This document shows positions 13,386 through 25,091 of a stretch of 64,000 nucleotides of DNA, one piece after another. Both the position numbers and the translations under genes were made by a program. This stretch comes from Pelomyxa schiedti (Eukaryota > Protista > Evosea). The notes below the pieces were generated by a model that was given only the letters and a program-made list of their open reading frames with translations, was not told the DNA's origin and ran no database searches. How positions within the stretch are numbered: position 1 is the first letter of the stretch; each line of letters starts with the position of its first letter. The stretch is from positions 1-64,000 of the forward strand of contig JAHLWZ010000277.1 in assembly GCA_020536535.1 (NCBI GenBank), written 5' to 3'.

Positions 13386-13470
13386 CCCCTTCTCTGTTGA
13401 TTGCAGTTCTGTGCCTCTGTTAACTCACTAAAGAAACAGAGGCACAGAACTGCAATCAACAAAGAAGGGG
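13386..13470. repeat. Inverted repeat/hairpin: 36-bp arms (1 mismatch), 13-nt loop
   Basis: 13386-13421 CCCCTTCTCTGTTGATTGCAGTTCTGTGCCTCTGTT is the reverse complement of 13435-13470 at 35 of 36 positions. Confidence 0.95.
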
Positions 13471-13945
13471 AAGTTTCGACACCTGGGGTGAAGATGGACA
13501 ATGACAATTGGCTGAATAAAACACCAGACCACTGATCCTGAGCTATGATAACGAAAATGACAGTGTTCTGGTCTGTTGATTATTACCTGCATCCCAATGG
13601 CCACATCCCCCAGAGCACAAATATAATGACTGGCCTTCTCTAGAGAAGGATGTAGTTGGCAAAGTGGCATCTTCCTTTGGTCAGTGGGGAGTTACAAATA
13701 GGATCACAGATTGGATTTCCACACAGATGAGGATTTGAAAAAGTGTCTTTTGGAGATGATGATTGGAGCTATGAGGCACGAAACTGACAGGGCAGTGGAG
13801 GCTGGAAAAGATTTCTTTTCTACTTGGAAAGACTTTGTGCATGGTGAACGGTTCCCTGCCGGTGTGCTCATAGCTTGTTGTGCTTCCAACAACTACCGCA
13901 TGTTCCAATGGATCTGGGCCCAAGATGAAGCCAAGACCCAGATGA

Positions 13946-14152
13946 AAGCATTCTCATTCACCCTTCTAACAATGGCTCTGCTCATGCCAGAAGCAAAGCA
14001 CAGTCCTAAGCATTCTGAAGATTACTTACAATCATAATTTGGTTCTGGTTGCTGGTGCCACCTAATTTGGAAGTAATCTTCAGAATGCTTGTGGTAGTGC
14101 TGTGCTTCTAGCATGAGCAGAGCCATTGTTAGAAGGGTGAATGAGAATGCTT
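13946..14152. repeat. Inverted repeat/hairpin: 82-bp arms (75/82 match), 43-nt loop
   Basis: 13946-14027 vs reverse complement of 14071-14152: outer 42 bp and inner 20 bp are perfect, with mismatches clustered between them. Confidence 0.95.
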
Positions 14153-16259
14153 ATGCCAGTGCTTTGCTGACTTCCACTCACCTCCAAAAAAAACACAAAC
14201 ATCGCCAACCCTGTTTTTGACGGATCGAAAGTGAATTGTGGGAAGTTATAAAAAACCCCGCTTTTTTTTCGTTTTTCGAAACGGGTGGCCGGTTGCTGGT
14301 GGGAGGACCGAGAACAAACAGCTTCGAGCAGTTTCGAAGGGGGTTGTTTGTTTACAGAGAGGGCCGCGAAAAAGGGAAAACCTCGACCGGCAGGGGGGGG
14401 TGGGGGCCACAGGGTGTTTTTCTGCGCTGTCCCTGTTGTTGTTATTCAGTCAGCCTCAGTGTCACTGTTCCTTTTTTTTTTTTTTGGGTATCTGTTTTGG
14501 TGGGTGCCTTCTTCTTTGCTTCTCTCATTTTGTTTTTCATTCTCACTTGAACCAGTGTGATTCCTTCACACAAAGCGTACCAAACGTACGTGATGCTTTC
14601 TAGTTCTTTTTGCAAGTATGGGGCATCCTTCTGGACACAGGGTTTTGCAGGTTCGAAAGTGAATTATTCTGTTTGCACAGATCATCAGTTGACTCTAAAA
14701 TGGGTTGGGTGGGTACACCCTCCTTCCTTTATTCGTTCTGCCCAGTTGATATACATCACAAGTAAGTCTTCCAAATTGGCATTGCCAGTTCAATGAACCC
14801 ACTGCCGGTACCTGTGCCATCTTGGCCAAATCGCGCCTCGTAGCCACCGCTGAGTTTGTCACATCATCATCATCCTGGAAGGGAAATGCGCAGTCACCCT
14901 GACTTCATGCTTAGGCTTCTTTTCCTCAGCTGACTGAATCTTACTTCTTCTTTGGGCAATCTTTTCTGACAAGTGCCCGATTTTTTTCCCATTGGCAGTT
15001 GTAGTGTAGCATCAGCATCAGGTTGAGTGGCATGAAATGCGGACCACTTTTTATTTTACTTTCTTCTTCTCCGGCGGTTCTTCACACTTCTCGTTACACT
15101 CTCCTTATTCCTCGCACATAGAGGTCTTCTCCCAAACGCTCAGCCGGTTGTAATAACCTCTTCCTTGAACTCTATCTATTCTCAAGCTCTTCTTGGACTG
15201 GAGGGCCTCTGAGCCCTTCGAGAAAAACAACTACTCAACACATAGGCATTGGCTCGCTGTACTATCACGCCAGGTGAATTCCTGTCCTCCTGTCTGTCTC
15301 TTTTTTTTTTTTGTTTTGCCCACATGATATGTAGGTCTACTCTTGACACGGGTGTGCGAATGCTTCCTCTTCCTTACTCTGAACTTGTGTGGATCCAGAA
15401 GATCATTGCTGGCCCACGACATTCGTTCTCCTTTCTTCTCCATCCAACAAGAAAATATTACTCAGCAAATTTGACTTGCGGAACTTGTCATTATTTTCGT
15501 ATGTACTCAAGGCTTTTCCCAGGCGCCACCCACCTTTAATTTGCTTTCAGTGCCTTCTTCTTCTTCTTCTTCTTCACAGCACCGTTTTCCCGACCAATGG
15601 GAAAAACCTGCTTTGTTTTCATTGCCTGCCAAGGTAAACAGACGACCCCCCCCCCCCCCCATCGACGAGCATTCTCCTTAACAGTGAACTTTAGGCAAAC
15701 GGAACAGAGAACAGAATCATGATTACGAGCGGCTGAATCTGATGAACACGAACCGGAACTACTAGATATGATTTGGAGCTAGATTTTCTGAACGAAAGAC
15801 TGACCGATGACTCCGAACTTAGAACAAAACATCCGCGTTCTGAACTACTTCTTGCTCTTCATTCAGTGTCCCAGTTCTCCTATTGTCCAGTTAAGCGGGG
15901 CTGAGCAACCCTCCCACACACCCAAAACCAGGGTAGACTTTAGGGTGTGTGCACTTTTCTACAGCACTACTGTGGGGCATCTCCCTGTTCCAAAATATGG
16001 CCAGGTACTGCCAATCATCTATTATCTTGTTGCTATTCATACCAGTTTAGATCGAAGTCATTGTGGTCATAGGAGTTGTGCAGCCTGGGCCTTTTCTAGA
16101 CGGAAGCGTGGGAGATATTGGAGCCATAGCTTTTTTTCTTTGAAAGACCCACTGGAAAAGGAAGAGAAAGTTCGGTTTTATAATCATGTGTTACCTTGTC
16201 ATCCCCACATCCTGGTAACTTTAACATTCTCCACGATGTTTACTCACTTTTCCTTAGGC

Positions 16260-16421
16260 GCTAACAGTGTTGTGGTATTAGATAATATGCCCCAACAAAC
16301 ATCAGAGATTGCTTCTGCAATATCAGCAGCTGGAAGCTTTATTGCATGGAATCCCCCACAGTCCCCAGACCTAAATTTACTTGAGAAGTTCTGTGATGTG
16401 GTTTCAAGTCGAATCACATAG
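16260..16421 (+). mobile_element. Degenerate Tc1/IS630-family DDE transposase fragment
   Basis: VVVLDN...WNPPQSPDLNLLEK matches the Tc1/IS630 C-terminal catalytic signature (D..33 aa..E). The conserved His and Trp are replaced; no TIRs identified. Confidence 0.7.
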
Positions 16422-16668
16422 TTTTGCACTTGGAATTAGTGACAGGTTTTATTTAATTCTATTTCATTCAGGATATCCCTGTGAAAGTGCCTCTGCTCTC
16501 CACATAATCTTCTTTTTCTCTTCGAATAAGCCGAGACCACGTCTGGGTGCACGCAAAACATCTTTTTAAGGAAACTTTCCCTCATGTTCGTATGACTCAT
16601 TGGCACAGTACCAACTTGGGGAGTTGGCAATGCAACATTACACCCATAGTCTTGTTGGCAACAAAAGC

Positions 16669-18015
16669 ATGGTCAGCGTCACCACCGAAAAACACGGCGG
16701 TACGCAATATTTTACACCCGACAAAACGGATGCTGAAAGGGCATCAGAACGGTCAGCGGCCCAGGAGAGGGCCAGACAAGAAGAACTGAGGGCACAAAAA
16801 GAAGTCGAGGAGGCTGCAAAGAACGTCGCTGCCAATGCCCAAAATACAGCGATTCTCAAACTAGAGGCTGAACTGGTTGATTTAAGAAACAAAGCAGTGC
16901 ATTACCGACCTGGTGACTTCCACTTCCCCGGCTACATACCACAGGGGATTTTGCCAAACATAAGGATGGCTGTTGTGGGACAGACAGGTTCGGGGAAAAG
17001 TTGCCTGATCAATACAACTGGCAGAGCGTAAGTTTTCCCTGTCACGCCTGGTTGCTTTTCTAATGACAAAATAGCGTATCAGGGAAAGATCTAACCCGAA
17101 TTCCTGCAGGAGAAGGAATAGTCTCTCTTGAATATATCTTCACCGAGTATGGATTCGTTTACGTGGATATCAGGGGTTTCTTCCAGAACTCAGCTTCAGA
17201 CTCTCTGGAGTTTATAAGGATTGTTGATGGTGACACAAAGGTGTGAAATGCATTGATGGTGTCGCCTTCTGATCACATTTAGCATGGTCAACGTATAGAT
17301 AGAGCTGCTATCACCGGCCCACAACCAGTGTCTGTCGTAAAAACAGGAAATGATTTGAAAGACAGAGTACATGGAGTAATATTTGTAGTTAAGGCCAATG
17401 ATCCCAGGCTCAACACTGGAGCATATCAAGCAGCTCTAAAGTTCCCGCGTGACCACTGCCGCGAACTGGAGATATCACCAATAACAGTGGTGACACACGA
17501 AGACCAACTTCCAAATGAAGAAGCAAAAATAGCAGCCCGAGAATTTGCCTCCTCTTGCACAGGAAGTTCACTGGACCACACTTTCCTTATTGCAAACTAT
17601 ACACGCGGACGCAAAGAGCGGTCGTTGCTTACTGAGCTTGCAGCACTCCAGGTAATATTCCCTTGTTCCGGCAACATCACAAATACACCATAGATTCTCA
17701 GGTACGCCTTAACAATGGCCGAGACTCACGTTAATATTTACTTGGCACGTCAAGCTTTGGCTAGTCCCCTCCCAACAAGTGCACCTGCATCTGCAGTAGC
17801 ATCCACACAAACATTCAAAGATTTGATGGTGCCTCTTGAGCCACGTTTCCAGTGCAAGTGTGAAACACACTACTTCTCAGACGAGGTTCACTCCCAGTTA
17901 CCATCTCATTCTTTGCGCTAACATTCTTCTTTAGCAGGGCTGCGAGTATGACCTTGACGACCCTGTGGGTGGTGTTGGTGATGTAGTGTACTTGCACGCA
18001 TACGAAGATGAATAA
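16669..18015 (+). CDS. IFI44/IFI44L-like P-loop GTPase with N-terminal coiled coil
   Basis: IRMAVVGQTGSGKSCLINT (G1), VDIRG (G3), LKDRVHGVIFVV, ITVVTHED (G4-like); multi-exon. Start and last exons are approximate. Confidence 0.7.
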
Positions 18016-18348
18016 ACGAAAGCAAGTTTTATTGTTGCTTTCATTAAAAAAACCAAAATAAAAGGAAACATTCCAAACGACCAGAAACAAGAAAACAATT
18101 GCACAATGATGGAAGTGATCACTCGGAGGGGACATAGTACTCCAAATTGGCCTGTGACTGAGGGGCACTAAATCTTACGAGTCATGCGGGAGCTGTGGGC
18201 TTGGCTTTTTTTAGTTTCCCAAAATCCCCAGTTGTGACGTTCCAGTCAACGCTTTTTTTCTTCGGCTTCTTTTTCATATTTTTTTTCTTTTGGCCTTTGA
18301 GTTTTGGCCTTTAAAACACAATTTTTTAAAGACGCGACACGTCGAGCA

Positions 18349-20612
18349 ATGTCAGCCGGATCACCGACACCACCAGCAGCGGCCGTAGATCTACCCACAT
18401 CTACCACATCCACATCTCCCACTGCATCTACTTCACCTCAAAACACAACGACGATGTCGTCTGCAGCGGCTCCAACTACGGGTCTCAAGGTGGTTAAGAT
18501 GGTGAAAGGAGGCGGTGTGATCGAGACTGTCGTCGCTCAAAGCCCGTCGCCTCCACATCAACCATCGCCACCCACTGTGACCGTGATCACGACCGCAGGA
18601 AAACCCAAACAGCACCCACAGAAACCACAAAAAACAAACGTGCCACCTCACTCTACTGCTAAACCAACGCCACAACAACCGCGGTTACCAAAGCAACCAG
18701 GTACTTATCAGTGAGTGTTCTTTTTTTTTTTTTTTCATTCCTCTATTCCTTTTTTTTTTTTTTTTTTGTTCACATACATTTCATTCTTTTCAGTTTTCCT
18801 CTTTGTGTTTCCTTGCTCATTTGTCTCATTTTTTTTCAGCTTCCGCCCGCGAACGCGATGCCGCTTTACTATCTCGTTTTGGGGACGTAAATCCTGAGTG
18901 GGGAAAAGCTCTTGTGGTCGATAAATCGAAATCAACCTCCAAAACTTACAAAAAGACTGTTCAAGGTGTGAAACAACAATTATATGACTCATTGGTAGAA
19001 GCAGAGGAAATAGAGGTGTGCCTTTCCAAGTTAGCCTCTTGACAAACTACCCGTACTTCATAGGCCAAGTTGCAGGAATATCGTGAAATGTATTCAGTTA
19101 AAATGGGTGAGCTTGCGGCAGTTGAGAATTATTTCCGAGAGGAATCAACAAAGCTTAAAGCACTTTCCCGTGAAGTATGTCTACAATACTTACAATAAAT
19201 CCGTAATACCAATGTAGAAAGAAAAACTAAAGCAGCAAGCGGAGAACCCCCTTGCTGAAGGACTTCAGGACCAGTACAACACCATCACTCAGCTTACTGA
19301 AGAAAACGCCAAGTTGGAGAAGCAAATCCAGTTGTTGCAGAATCAAAAAGCGCCAAAACCAACAAAAAAAGCAAAATCTCGTGCCGCCAAAGGCAAAGAA
19401 AAAGTCGAAAGTAACAAGGCAACTACTGCCTCAGCCCCCTCAAAGAAAGGTGCCAAGACTGTAGAAACACCGTCAGTACCAGTTCCATCTTCATCGAAAG
19501 CAAAGAAAGGCTCCAAGGCCCCAGAAAATCCCACTCCTGCACCACAGCCTGAAAATAGAGAAGTTGCACCCATCTCACAAGTTGCAACACCTTCCACAGT
19601 CACAGAAAATAAAATAGAACCACCAGTTGAGACCACATCTACAGAAACGGCTGCTAATACAGCAGAACCCAGTCAACCTAAGCCTGCACCAGAGACAACA
19701 GTTCTTACCACTTCCAACCAACAACTTGCCTCACACAATGCCGCTCTCAACGCCGCACAGAGAAAGCGTGATGGCGCTTCCAAACAAGCTGATGCTCATA
19801 CAAATGCTTGCAACAAAGCAAAAATTGAGCATGACTCAGTAAGCAAAGAAATTGAAGCACTGCAGAAGCAAATTGAGGATGCCAAAGCCTCCCAAAAGAG
19901 TGCTCTGCTTCAGGCTGAACAGGACAGAAGGGCTCATGTAACTGCTATGAGGGAGGCTGGTTCGGCCCTCAAGACACAGCTACAACGCACAGGACAAGAG
20001 ATTGCCCGTCTACAAACCCAGATCCAACAAAAGGGAGAAGAAGCACGTTGCAAACAGGCACAGCTTGATACTTTGAGAAACAAGAAGGAAGCATATCTCA
20101 CTCAGCACAGGCACACAATGGATGATTTGGCAAGTCATCTTCAAAAGTTGGAGCAGGAGCTGGCACAGGCCCAGGCTCGTGCTTTGGAAAAGCGCGAGGC
20201 AGAAAAACCTGTGGAAACAATTCCAGAGCCACAGCCACCAGTACCAGAGCCAAAGATACCAGTTGAGACCACTGAACCGAAGGAGGAACCCATTGTAGCC
20301 GCGGTCACTGATGCGGTGCCGGAGCTCATGCCTGAGCCTGAGCCGGAGATACCTGCCGTCACAGTTACCGAGACGGAGACCCCGGCTGTGGTACCAGAAC
20401 TCCAGCCGAAAGCAGCTGAACCGGAGCCAACCGGGCCCACAGAGCACACACCCGACACAGAAAAAACCCCAGAACCAACAGAGGCTCCAGCTACCTCTGT
20501 CTCTGAGCCTCCAAATACCTCCGAGGAACACCAAAATGAAGTAAAAACCAACCCTGAACAGCCGGAAACAACCCCAGAACCCCAACCACCATCCACCACT
20601 GGTGACCTGTGA
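18349..20612 (+). CDS. Low-complexity coiled-coil protein (Pro/Thr/Glu/Lys-rich), unknown function
   Basis: Spliced ORFs 18349-18700, about 18840-19170 and 19218-20612. Long heptad segments and a PE/T-rich tail. Confidence 0.7.
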
Positions 20613-20713
20613 GCTTCGCCCATTTTTTAATCCTTGCCCTATCTCTTATTCCAGGATTTTTAAAAATGTTTTGGTTTTGTTATTTGACACTTTGTTGTAA
20701 GAAGGTTTTCCCT

Positions 20714-22203
20714 TCAAAGCTCCACAACCAAGAGTGGGTTTGTTTCTTCCAGAATGCGTGATAGGTGCTGAGTAGCGGGAATGTTGGCTCCAGGGATACT
20801 AATTTTGCGTAGGGACTTGCAGGATGCAAGGGTCATAAGAGCGTACTGGGTAATGGCTTTCTCTGTTTGTAGGCAGCACTCCATCAGGGCTGAGAAGAGA
20901 ATGAATGTCTTTTTTTTTTTTGCAATTGTGATGGAGAGTACTTTGGGAGTGAGCTAGTTCTCGGCAGGCGTCATCACCGACCTTACTGAGATAAAGAGTT
21001 CGTAGGTTTGGCATCTCGGCCAGTCTGTGGCATAAGCTTACGGTTTCTACATAGGTTGATGATAAGTCTAGCCACTTCAGGTTTGGACACCGATCCAAAA
21101 CGGGTAGAATGCTTGCATTCGTAACTCTGAGATTGCAATTAGGATAGTTTTTGGGTACGTGTTGGTACTTGGTATAACTTAAATTGAGGGATTCAATTTG
21201 AGAGAGAGAAGGTAAAAGCTGTGTGAGTAACCGATCATCGACACACCAGCAATTAGAAGCCGATAAATCTATATACAAATGAGAACCCCACTACAGAGAG
21301 CAGCATCTAAATACCTTTAAGGGAATGTGTTCTACATATAGTAAGAAGATCCGGTGATGTCAGAGGAAGACCAGAAATACCCAAGTGTACAACATGCGGA
21401 AGTTCGCTAAGTGTGGTAGTAACCGTTCGACTATTTAATCTTCAGGAGTTAGATTAATTTGACAGGTTGTAAGCCATACAGCTCACAGCCGGAAACAGAG
21501 AGAGTTTGAAGTTGTTTGCATGAGGTACTCAACGTCGCCATGGACTAAAAATATTAAATTGCAATATGGAGACACAGCTTACTGTAGCAGAAATGGCACG
21601 GCATTCGGTTATCACCAAATTTTTTAGAAGAGGTAATTTAACAAGAAATTTCTGGAGAAGTGAATCTTGTAGTTGCACGGCCGTTATAACGAGTGTCCGA
21701 GTATTCACACAATTGACTAGTCTCTTTATTCGAATCAGAAATACAAAAAAAAGGTGGACCAAACTTGTCATACTGTAAGGAAATTATTTGCGCACAGCTC
21801 ATGGTATCGGGCAGAGAGATCAAGGTTTTTCACATAAAGAGCAGTGTCATTATCAAATAGTCCGTCCATATGTGCTTCTGTGAGACGGGGATAATCCTGA
21901 TATCATTTAACGTTTAATGCCACGCAGTAATAGAGATATTATTACAATACTACTCCCCAGACATATCTAGAGCTATCTGTACATTTTACTACGAGAAAAA
22001 TAATAAGAGTCGAATCACGAATTTACAGAAATAAGTAAACGGCGAATGAGTCTCAATTTGACAGGCCATGGTATAGATAGGAACGCCTCCACTCCACAAT
22101 GTTCCAATATGAGAACCTCACATTTTTCTGACAGACTCGAAATTCGTCTACGGTTCTAAACTAGTTGCAAACAGTTGCATTAATGCACAACGTTAACATA
22201 AAT

Positions 22204-22239
<36 letters not shown>

Positions 22240-22358
22240 GTCAGTAACGAGGTGCCAGTTGCCGTCCACTCGAATTGAAATGATGTTGGGAAAAAATGAG
22301 GAGCCCACTCTTCCTCCTCGCCTCGTAGCAGAAACGGTGCACTAGCAATCTGTAACAT
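20714..22358 (-). CDS. Leucine-rich-repeat protein (FBXL/AMN1-type repeats)
   Basis: Repeats such as CPNLKWLDLSST, MPNLRTLYLSKV, IESLNLSYT, LPLLKNLVITECRAIS. Ends are approximate; F-box not confirmed. Confidence 0.7.
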
Positions 22359-22590
22359 ATTCTTTATTGTTTGTTCGTGTTCGTATCAGCCTTGAGTTTT
22401 TGGAATGCGAACTCAGAATCAAGTTGGTGGGACTCCGGAGCCCACAATGCTCAGGGCAGAACCGACTGCACTTGGGATATAAACGCTGTGCGTTCGGCCC
22501 CAGAAAATACGGTGAGGTGGGTTTTGTTGTGAACCTTCCCCCCGTGGGTTCTCCGAAGAACGATTGTAATTCCAGCCCACAAGCACAGTG

Positions 22591-24054
22591 ATGGGGTTGA
22601 ACCGTCGGGCTTTTCTAGCCACGGCAGTTTGTGTGCTGGTTACAGAGGTATCCATCGCAGGATGCAGCCAGTCGACGTCGACGTCGCCGTCGTCGTCGTC
22701 ATCATGGCCAAGCGCGGCGGGGAGCGGCTCTTGCCCGGACCCCGAGGCACTGAACGGTGCGCCGCAGATAACCGCGTCGTTCGGGGCGATGTCGCTAGCG
22801 GCGAGCATGTTCGTGGTCACGTCGGTGGTGGCGTCGGGCGACTACGTCTTCGGCCCTTACTTTGGCGTGATGATGCTGTCTCTCAGCGACGCCGTCAATT
22901 GTGCTTCTTTGGTTGCTTGCTGTTTTGCTTTGCTTTGTTTTTACTTTTGTTTTTTTTTTTTTTTTTTTTTTTTCCTTCTGTTTATGTGAGTCTTGCGTCA
23001 AATCGTTGTATAACAACTGTTGCTGAGCAGCTCATGTCGCAGTATAATGCTGGAAACTGCTATGTATGCAGTGCAGCTGGTTTTTTGAACCAACTTTCAA
23101 GTGTTTGTGGCAATTTGTGGATGCTATTCATTGCAATTACTGTGTGTGTGAATCTTCTTACTGTACCCACTTTACATTTGAATGACACTGTTTTCACTCA
23201 GGTACCAGCACCTTCGCGCTTGCTTCCCTAAATACAGCTCAGCTTCGTCCTTGCTCTCAGTCCAAGTGTCACGACGTAAGTCAGTCGGCCGAAGTGCACT
23301 CTATTATGTAATTTCCAGCTTAGTTATTTGGTGAGACCTCCTTTACCGTTGTGACCACCATTTAATTTGTAACTTTCCCAAAGGGGTGCGTCGACTGTCA
23401 CCGCCATAATACCACTCACTGGGTATGATGATATGGAGTATGTAAAAGGGAGTAGTGGCATATGTTGGCTCGGACCAGACCCAGCACTGGCTAGATATGT
23501 CCTGTTTTATATTCCTCTGGTAAATCTTAAAGGGACTTTCTGATGGTTTGATATTCCACCTTACTTCTCTAGTGGATACTCATCACAATCATTCTTGTTT
23601 TGTACTTTGTTACATTCGATTTTGTATCTGTTATTCCACCAGATGGGCCAAAATATCAGGTATCGTGGCTGCAAGCCCAAATTGTATCACGACTCACCAC
23701 ATGTGTAGGTGAAGCGAGTCAGACCAAGATTGTTTATGTTCCCTCTCACTATGTTGATTGTATTTCTACCCTGCACACTGAACAGGGTATGCGAAAGCTT
23801 TGGTAAAACCGTGTGGGTTCTGGAATACATGCAAGCCAGTGTTTTGCCTCTGTGGGGGTGTGTATCAGCATCAAACCACTCTCTAAACCAAAAGCAACAC
23901 AAACCAAAGGTTCATTGACGCGGTCGTGTACTTCTTCTGTAAATTCCGGCCTATTGTTCACACGCGGCAAATGAGAGACACCTACAACCCGTCCCTCTCC
24001 ACCTTCGAAAACCTTCAAGAACGCATCAAAGTAATCATTCGCGTATTCTACTGA
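22591..24054 (+). CDS. cAMP-receptor-like (CAR/Crl-type) 7TM GPCR module, possibly spliced onto the downstream Rab
   Basis: Signal-like N-terminus, then seven hydrophobic segments after splicing: MSLAASMFVV, LSLSDAVN, GFLNQLSSVCGNLWMLFIA, YYVISSLVIW, ICWLG..LFYIPLW, RLFMFPLTMLIVFLPCTLNRV, LWGFIDAVVYF. Confidence 0.85.
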
Positions 24055-24117
24055 AACATCTGTTTTTATTCTATTTCCTTCCTGTCTCCTAGAAAGCTAA
24101 ACGAATCAACCGCCGAA

Positions 24118-25091
24118 ATGTCCAAGTCCATCAAAGTCATTCTGCTGGGCGACACTGGTTTCTCAGTGTTTGCTGTTGTTGCCTGCCGCACTTCGTTTTT
24201 TGTTGCTTAACAACAAATACCCTTGTAATTTGCAGGGCTTAACAACATCAAACACAAAAGGGGTAGGAAAGACCTGTCTGCGTGATTTGCTTATCAGCCG
24301 CCCCAGAGAGAACGACCCCGCTTCGACGATAGGAGTGGAGTGCTGCTCTGTCTCTTGCACGACGCCTTCGGGGAAAAACCTGCAGATTAATGTCTGGTGC
24401 GTTGGCGCGGTGTATATTATACAATTATGTGCACATCTCGTATCTGTTGTGAAAGTGAATGCAGTAAAGAGGGCGCTGCGTTATATGACTATTATGTACA
24501 ATTCAAACTGATAGTGTGCACAGGGATACTGTATTGCTACTTTCCATTGCATAGTTTTTGATCAAGCTAAAAAAAACTAACCTAGGCAGGGCAGGAGAGG
24601 TTCCGTTGCACGGCAGCGACTTATGCACAGGGAGCCCACTGTGTGTGCTTTGTTTATGACATTACAAGGTCTTATTCTGTTTTTTTCCATCCTCTAATTA
24701 ACTCTTATAGGAGGGAGACTTTCACACACGCTCAATCTTTAGTGGTACGCTCTTCTGTTTCCTCGTATGGGGGTTCACTTATCTGGTAAAACAACAGGCT
24801 TGTGTGAGAAGTGCGAGTACTGATTCCGTAGGCATATTAATTGGAAACAAATTGGATCAGGAATCGCACCGAGCTGTCTCCGAGCATGAAGCCATCGAAT
24901 TCGCTCAGACTAACCATTTGAACATTTTTGAAACCTCTACAAAGACCGGCACCAACATTAAACTGGTAAAAATCTGCCTTTCATGGAAAGCAGCCATGTC
25001 TAACGCATCTTCTTTCTAATAGCTCTTTGACATGATTACCAAAGAAGTATTTTCCTCTCCCACTATAAATCTTCCTGACGGTAGCAACTAG
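24118..25091 (+). CDS. Rab-like small GTPase module lacking C-terminal Cys prenylation motif
   Basis: Spliced G1 GDTGVGKT, G2 STIG, G3 WDTAGQERF (7-nt microexon 24524-24530), VYDIT, G4 GNKLD, G5 ETSTK. Confidence 0.9.

Noticed and set aside
12936-14037. Short ORFs in the hairpin interval as functional genes
   Set aside because: No recognisable domains or coherent exon chain; at most decayed fragments.
15646-15660. C15 homopolymer and nearby (TTC)n tract
   Set aside because: Simple repeats with no evidence of function.
22419-22820. Minus-strand ORF as the N-terminus of the LRR gene
   Set aside because: It is antisense to the GPCR first exon, which has clear TM1/TM2 features.
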